Assembly (NCBI GenBank): GCA_963699995.1
Contig: CAVOWB010000007.1
Location: 4,310 to 68,309, forward strand
DNA: 64,000 nucleotides
Direction: 5' to 3'
Source: Candidatus Bathyarchaeota archaeon
Lineage (GTDB): Archaea > Thermoproteota > Bathyarchaeia > Bathyarchaeales > Bathycorpusculaceae
This document shows, piece by piece, positions 61,920 through 64,000 of the stretch. The stretch's first letter is position 1. Every line of letters starts with the position of its first letter. The position numbers were made by a program, and so were the translations under genes. The notes under the pieces are model-generated. The model made no database searches, was not told the origin of the DNA, and saw nothing but the letters and a program-made list of their open reading frames with translations.

Positions 61920-62585
61920 TTATATGGGGTTAGCCGGCCGATAGTCACAAAACCGCTGCGTTTTGTTTTTAAGTCATACTTATCAAAACGAGCTATATCT
62001 ACGGGTGGGTGTATAACAAACGAACCACGTCCGTAATACTTTTGAATCATCTGCTTTATATGAGACGAATTGGCAATAAAATAACCCGGTCTTTTAGAAG
62101 CCTTTAAATCCCATTTGCGCAAGAGGCCCAACTAAAACTTTCAGACCAAGTCTGGCTAAGGGGTTAAACATACCAAATCCGGGGCTTTTTAAATACTCAT
62201 CATATTTATCCCAATAAAAATGAGTCGGGCTATGGCAATAACAAATATGGGTTGCCATTGGGTTCAGTCTTTTTACACCCTTGGCCTCGCCATTACCAGA
62301 GCTGCTAAGAACAATATCAAAATCTGTAAGATCTAAATGTTCAAACCACCAAATTCGAAGTACCGGCAAAAACTTTCGAAGTTTAGAAAATGGCCATTTT
62401 TGCAAATAACCAGTAACGACTTTACCATCTAATTTTTCACGCCATTCATCGCTGCAATAAGAGGTATAAATTGGGGCATCGGGGAACAACTCGTGCATCG
62501 CCTGAACTACTTTTTCAGCCCCACCACCAACCAGCCAATCATGAACAATGGCTATCTTTTTATTGTCTAAACTATTTTGCGCCAC
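61883..62585 (-). pseudogene. GT4/GT1-type glycosyltransferase, frameshifted and 3'-truncated
   Basis: ORF 62094-62585 (KKIAIVHDWLVGGGAEKVV...) continues in ORF 61883-62131 (...GFVTIGRLTPYKRTDIIV). It stops where the nucleotide-sugar-binding half should follow. Confidence 0.65.
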
Positions 62586-63959
62586 GGCCGCTAAATACTT
62601 TAATTACAGTTCTAAAAATAATCTTTATATCCATCCAAAAACTCCAGTTTTGGACATAATAAAGATCTAAGGCTCGGCGTTCTTCAAACGGAATATCGCG
62701 CCGGCCAGATATTTGGGCTAGCCCAGTAAGACCCGACTTAACACTTAATATCAGGTTCTTGAAGGCGTAGTGTTCTAGCTCTTGTGGTACAAGAGCGCGG
62801 GGGCCAACTAGGCTAATATTACCTTTTAAGATGTTAAATAGCTGCGGTAATTCATCTAGAGACGTCTTGCGCAAAAACTTACCAATTTTGGTGATTCTGG
62901 GATCATTTTGTAAAAAGTCACCATTGGCTCGGTACTTATCGGCCAAGTGCGGTTTACCCATCTTGGCAAAAGCTTCTTCCGGGCTAAGGCCATTGAAGGC
63001 TATTTTATGAGTTCTAAACTTATAGATATTTATGGTTGTGCCAAAGCGGCTAAGCCGGGGTTGTTTAAAGATAGCTGGGCCCCAATCACTAAGCGCACAC
63101 AAATGGCAATAATTAAAAAAATTGGTGACAGAATAATTATTCCAAAGGCCGAAGCTATTAAATCAAACAGCCGTTTGGCGATCCGGCCCCAACCAGTCAG
63201 GGCAGTTTGATGTACAGACACTACTGGCAAGCCCTGGAAGAGCTCTACACCGATGTTGTTGCTCAAGAATCCCATCATGAGCCGGCACAAACTTAAAAGC
63301 CGCGTGATTGGCCTGAGCGGCCGCCAGGGCGGTATCAGCTTTTTTGTTATCTGAGGTCAGTCCAGCATATAAAACGGTATGAATATCCAGCGAGCGAATT
63401 TTGCCTAAGGCCTCTTCGAAATTAGCTATATATTGGCCTTTATATTTTTCCGGCTGAGTTTTAGATGACACGGCTACCACTTTATAACCGGTACGGGCCG
63501 GGTGATTCATAGTGGCAATAAGATCAGCCACAATCGGGCTATCACCAATGATTAAAACGTTATTGATGCCGGCCCCGTATTTCCACATCGACATTCTAGT
63601 CATGCGTAGAATAGTTCTAACCAGCACCAAAAACAAAAAGCCAATGACTAGGCCATAAACAGCTACCAATCTGGCTGGAAAGATAGCGGCTTTGGTCACG
63701 AAATCGTAAGCGATAACGGCCATAATGCCAAGTAGACTACCAACAAACAAGCTGCCAATTTCACGCAGCCGGTAATCGTAGACACTTTTACGATAAAACC
63801 CAGAAGGGCAAAGATAATAATCCAAACAACTGTTAAAACTGCCCAAATTTTAACGTATTCTATACTGCCAACTTGGTTAATTAAGGGGCGGGGGTCGTAA
63901 GTCACTCTAATGATGTAAGCCACAATAAAGGCACCAAGTAGCGCCACGAAATCACCCAC
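62572..63959 (-). pseudogene. Bacterial-type polyprenyl-phosphate sugar phosphotransferase (WbaP/EpsB-like), at least 3 frame disruptions
   Basis: ORF 63696-63959 gives the N-terminal TM region. ORF 63163-63846 gives the Rossmann-like part (NNVLIIGDSPIVADL). ORF 63030-63290 gives KRLFDLIASAFGIIILSPIFL. ORF 62572-63102 gives the catalytic domain (LDELPQLFNILKGNISLVGPRA...DLYYVQNWSFWMDIKI). Confidence 0.75.
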
Positions 63960-64000
63960 GATTAGATGTTAGAGCATAAACTGCAGAGCTAGAATTCTTC

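Overview
All homology calls here were made by eye from the supplied translations; no searches were run. The window reads as an archaeal chromosome segment. It carries a thermosome, MCM, Gins23 and Gins51, PriS, PCNA, TFS, L44e, S27e, Nop10, CDP-archaeol synthase and an intron-containing tRNA. The gins23-mcm and priS-gins51 pairings resemble the arrangement described for Sulfolobus, suggesting a TACK- or Asgard-like lineage.

Layout:
- 1-7.8 kb: an accessory island. It holds a type I restriction-modification operon (hsdR-hsdS-hsdM) broken by many frameshifts and stops, an orphan 256-aa gene, and a tightly packed AbrB, RHH-like, small-ORF and tyrosine-integrase cassette.
- 7.9-21.3 kb: a replication and translation core. 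It contains tfs, pcna, a GT2 plus GT-C glycosylation pair, priS-gins51, an archaeosortase-like gene, rpl44e-rps27e, a 53-codon aIF2-alpha stub, a Nop10-PAC2 open frame, gins23-mcm and tRNA-Ser(CGA).
- 21.7-31.4 kb: an 880-aa surface protein, a tandem double ferritin-like protein, an ECF-S-like permease, thyA-like, thermosome and sua5.
- 32-43.5 kb: a repair-rich block with nth-xpd, a Clp1 kinase paired with an RNase H-fold nuclease, topA, radB, carS, an SPL-type radical SAM gene and a Y-family polymerase.
- 43.6-54.9 kb: mixed metabolic, membrane and regulator genes, several with single frame breaks, then a roughly 2-kb stretch of gene remnants.
- 54.9-61.9 kb: two paralogous PQQ-like beta-propeller surface protein genes (one heavily decayed) that share a conserved 3' flank, followed by an N-terminally truncated FG-GAP protein.
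- About 61.9 kb onward: an abrupt junction into bacterial-type, frameshifted polysaccharide genes (GT4 plus a WbaP-like sugar transferase).

The main themes for follow-up:
- Frame disruptions are very unevenly distributed, so either real gene decay or assembly error is involved.
- The conserved L44e operon has been remodelled.
- Two small proteins may be eukaryote-like (OSTC/DC2-like and PAC4-like).
- There is an archaeosortase with candidate substrates nearby.
- The contig may be chimeric or carry a transfer breakpoint at about 61.9 kb.

No CRISPR array and no rRNA gene were seen.
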